Positions 50,523 through 53,402 of a stretch of DNA of 53,402 nt are shown here, piece after piece. Source of the stretch: Okeania sp. SIO2G4 (GTDB lineage: Bacteria > Cyanobacteriota > Cyanobacteriia > Cyanobacteriales > Microcoleaceae); the NCBI RefSeq assembly GCF_010672295.1, contig NZ_JAAHGW010000045.1, positions 1 to 53,402 on the forward strand, written 5' to 3'. Position numbers and translations under genes: made by a program. Positions within the stretch are counted from its first letter, which is position 1, and each line of letters begins with the position of its first letter. The notes under the pieces are model-generated. The model was not told where the DNA came from, did not search any database, and worked only from the letters and a program-made list of their open reading frames with translations.

Positions 50523-51085
50523 ACTGCTATTGACTGAAATGAAAAGTCCTCAATAATTTATTTACTAGAAAAGGCGATCGCTCAAATTATTCAGCGGGGG
50601 AGTAGAGGAGAATTCAACAATTAATAATTAATAATTACCTCTCCTTAAAAAGAAGAGGATTGACGCTGAAGGAATTTTTTTTCTTTTTTCTCCTTTAAAG
50701 GAGAGGCTTTTAATCTTAATTATTCGGTAAATACAAGAGTAATTAACAATAACTGGTTAATAATTACTAAAAGTTTATTCAGTATATAGCGTTTTTCAAA
50801 TTAGTGAGATACAGTTGTTTTTCTTTTTTTCTATCCCCTGTTTCTCGAATTACTACTCCCTACTCCCTACTCCCTACTCCCTAAAACAAACGAATTTTGT
50901 ACCTCACCAATATGAGAATTGCTATATGTTAATTAATTAATAATTGAAGTGTTACTTAAGTATAGTATTTTTTATTTCAAATTGGTATAAAAGTGGGTAG
51001 GGAATAGTAAGTAGAAGAATATCCACGCCCTATTTGCGTAGTGCTATATTTATTCAAATTGTATAATTCAGAGGAATAAAATCAA

Positions 51086-51529
51086 ATGAGTCGCAAGAAA
51101 CCTTTTTCTCCAGAAGAGTTTAAACTGCTATATTCTCAAGTTCCTAGATTAGTTGTAGAAGTAGTTGTGAAAACTGATTTAGGTGTGGCATTAACTCTTA
51201 GAAAAGATGCTGCATGGAATAATCTGTGGCATATTCCTGGAGGTACGGTTTTTTATCAAGAATATATTGAAGATGCTATTCAAAGAATTGCCGTAGAAGA
51301 GTTGAGTATTACAGTTACAAAACAACAGTTATTAGGATATTTAGAATATCCGAGTGAAGAAAAACAACGTGGTTTTGGTTGGTCTGTAGGATTAGTATTT
51401 TTATGTACTCCTAATTCTCCGCTCCCGACCGAAAATCAAGAAGGAGAAAAAATTCAAATTTTCGATTATGTTCCTGAAAATATTGTTGAAGAACACAAAA
51501 AAATTTTGACTCAAGTTTTATCGACTTAA
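51086..51529 (+). CDS. NUDIX hydrolase
   Basis: 147 aa with a Nudix box variant (WHIPGGTVFYQEYIEDAIQRIAVEELSI). Confidence 0.65.
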   Translation: MSRKKPFSPEEFKLLYSQVPRLVVEVVVKTDLGVALTLRKDAAWNNLWHIPGGTVFYQEYIEDAIQRIAVEELSITVTKQQLLGYLEYPSEEKQRGFGWSVGLVFLCTPNSPLPTENQEGEKIQIFDYVPENIVEEHKKILTQVLST

Positions 51530-52349
51530 GAGGAAACAGAAAACCAGAAATTTATATTCTTAAAAATTAGAAATTAACTACACTGTGTTACAGGTTGAGA
51601 GTATTAGATAGGGAAAAAGATTACCAAATAATGAATAATTAGGATTTGCTGAAAAAGTATTATGATTGAGGTTAGGAGTCAGGATAAATAGGAATTATAG
51701 AGTAGGTATGAGTAAGAATTGTCCCTATATTTTTCTGCCCAACTCTTGCACAAAATGCTAACTTTTTGAGCTTGAGCAACCGAAAAGCTGGCACTTTTTT
51801 TCAGCCTAAAACAGTTAAAAACTTTATCTATCAATCCTTTGATATTTAATCAGCAAGTCCTAATTATTCATTAAAGTTTAAATTCAGATTCCCCACGTCA
51901 ATTTGTTACATAAAAAGTTTGCTGAAAAAGTCTTTTAGTAGGCGTAGGAGACAACCCACCCCTAACCCCTCCCAGGAGGGGAGAAATGGGAATGATCCAG
52001 GAGGTAGGATTCAACAATTAAGAATTAATAATTAATAATTACTTCTCTTTGAAAGCAGATAGGATTGACTCAAAGGAAAATTTTTTTCTCCTTTAAAGAT
52101 AATAAAGCTGATACCTGATAGCTGACTGCTGTTTGCGCAGCATTCCGCAAGAAATGCTTACAACTGTATTGACTTATAAATAGGGAGTATCGGAAATATT
52201 TCTCGTTGAGAAGAGGCTTCAAACCCAAATTTTTCGGTGAATATGGGGGCAATTTTCTACCTTTTTCCCTATTGTATTTCTCGAACTCCTAACTCTTGAC
52301 TCCTTTGCCAAAAACCCTTACCTTTGCAAAGATATCTAAGGGTTCTTTC

Positions 52350-52500
52350 ATTAATGGATAATTGATAATTGATAATTACCTCTCCCTTTTAGGGAGAGGA
52401 TTGACCAATAAGGAAAGAATTTATTTTTTCCCTTTGAAAGGGGAGACTTTCAACCTGAATTATTTAATTATTTAATTATTTAATTATTAATTATTCGGTC
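52350..52500. repeat. AT-rich palindromic element family ((AATTATT)n-ACCTCTCC-TTTAAAGGAGAGG-...(AATTATT)n)
   Basis: Related copies at 27650..27740, 50590..50720 and 52000..52100. Each has AATTATTAATT tracts flanking ACCTCTCCTT/AAAGGAGAGG inverted cores, which gives it a MITE-like look. Confidence 0.7.
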
Positions 52501-53123
52501 ATACCAGAATACGCGATAAATTTTGGCTACAAATAATAGAAAATTGTGATGATAATTTCTCTATATTATTGCTCTTTTCTTACTTCATTCTACTTCTTCC
52601 TTACTCCTTATCAAAAAACTAAATATTACAAAAATTTCAACTTAGATAATTAACCTTTTCTTGACTACCTTCTACTATAGCAATCAGGAATCAGTTGTGA
52701 GAATTGAGTTATTCCTTAAAAATATAGAATATAGCAATTATGATATTCATATGATACGTTTTTTTCTTCTTATCTGTTGCCTGTTCCCTGTTGCCTGTTC
52801 CCTAAAAGTTTCCAATATCTCACAACTCAAATCATATTGCTATATAAACTTACTGTCGCGATCGCAATTGCTTTACTATTACGATCTACTTTTATTATCC
52901 AAAATCTAAAAATAGTAAATTCTTGATTATATATTACTCAGTGTAATATGTATGTAATATAATTGATATAGCACTACGCAAATAGGTTAGGAAATTTATA
53001 AATACTCAAAGTTAGTCAGGGATTACTTCTAACTTTTGTAGGGGCAAATGGCCATTCGCCCCTGCTGACTTCTGACTTGCGTAGCGCCATAGCTGTGCCT
53101 CTAAAATATTTGATAGTAGAATT

Positions 53124-53402
53124 ATGGCAACTTTTCGGGACATCATTAAATACTACCAGGCATATCTACCACTTTCCATCTTAGGTATCGGAGCATCTAG
53201 CACTCTCGAACTAATTGATTTAATAGTTCCTTATGCCATCGGTCAGACTTTGAACATACTTTCAGACCGCTCTACAGACTGGCCAATGGAAAACTTGATT
53301 GGAGCAGTCTCCAATGTAACTGGACTACCAACTAATCAACTATTATCCCTATCAGTGACATTAGGACTAATATTTTTAGTCAGCATCACCAAAGGTCCAA
53401 CA
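53124..53402 (+). CDS. partial ABC transporter (N-terminal transmembrane domain), truncated by the window end
   Basis: ATG at 53124, open to the window end. MATFRDIIKYYQAYLPLSILGIGASSTLELIDLIVPYAIGQTL resembles the first TM helix of ABC exporters of the MsbA/HlyB type. Confidence 0.4.
   Translation, partial: MATFRDIIKYYQAYLPLSILGIGASSTLELIDLIVPYAIGQTLNILSDRSTDWPMENLIGAVSNVTGLPTNQLLSLSVTLGLIFLVSITKGPT

Noticed and set aside
1-53402. tRNA and rRNA genes
   Set aside because: No rRNA-like conserved blocks were found. I found no convincing cloverleaf or T-loop (GTTCRAnYC) candidates on manual scanning. A tRNAscan-type search would be needed to be sure.

Overview
This 53.4-kb window reads as chromosomal DNA from a heterocyst-forming cyanobacterium (Nostocales-like). 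I base that on roughly 30 copies of the HIP1 palindrome GCGATCGC, many heptameric STRR tracts (GGTACAA, CCTGTTC, GGGAGTA, AGTCAGT), several families of short dispersed repeats and MITE-like elements, and gene content.

Genes I can support:
- Housekeeping and stress genes: mutT-like NUDIX hydrolase, a group-2 sigma-70 factor, purB, a TldD/PmbA-family metalloprotease, clpS, panE, a DEAD-box RNA helicase, rimO, a cytochrome P450, a 4HBT thioesterase, and a second NUDIX hydrolase.
- Photosynthesis: three tandem IsiA/Pcb (CP43') chlorophyll-binding genes, the third fused to a PsaL domain, followed by a CpcG-family linker with a C-terminal membrane anchor (CpcL type).
- Envelope and membrane: an SLH-OprB porin, an ABC permease, a single-domain ChrA, a CPBP protease with a repeat inserted in frame, an OmpA-like protein with Thr-rich tandem repeats, an AMIN-domain protein, and a TMEM14-like protein.
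- Regulators and others: a Ser/Thr kinase with WD40 repeats, a dynamin-family GTPase with an N-terminal TerB domain, and a separate TerB-like gene next to a DUF815 AAA ATPase.

The most unusual locus is at 35220..36776 (minus strand). It is a clear homolog of the eukaryotic major vault protein (MVP), kept in one frame over ~1.56 kb but interrupted by exactly three in-frame nonsense codons and no indels. It sits 63 bp downstream of a WD40 Ser/Thr kinase.

Other loci worth a second look:
- An Anbu/HslV-like proteasome-type peptidase split by a frameshift in an A8 run.
- A tandem array of a ~140-bp unit at 31337..31790.
- A ~135-bp conserved element present twice, 29 kb apart.
- A GC-rich structured non-coding segment bracketed by STRRs.
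- VanX-like and subtilase gene remnants between purB and the isiA cluster.

I found no rRNA, no convincing tRNA and no CRISPR array.
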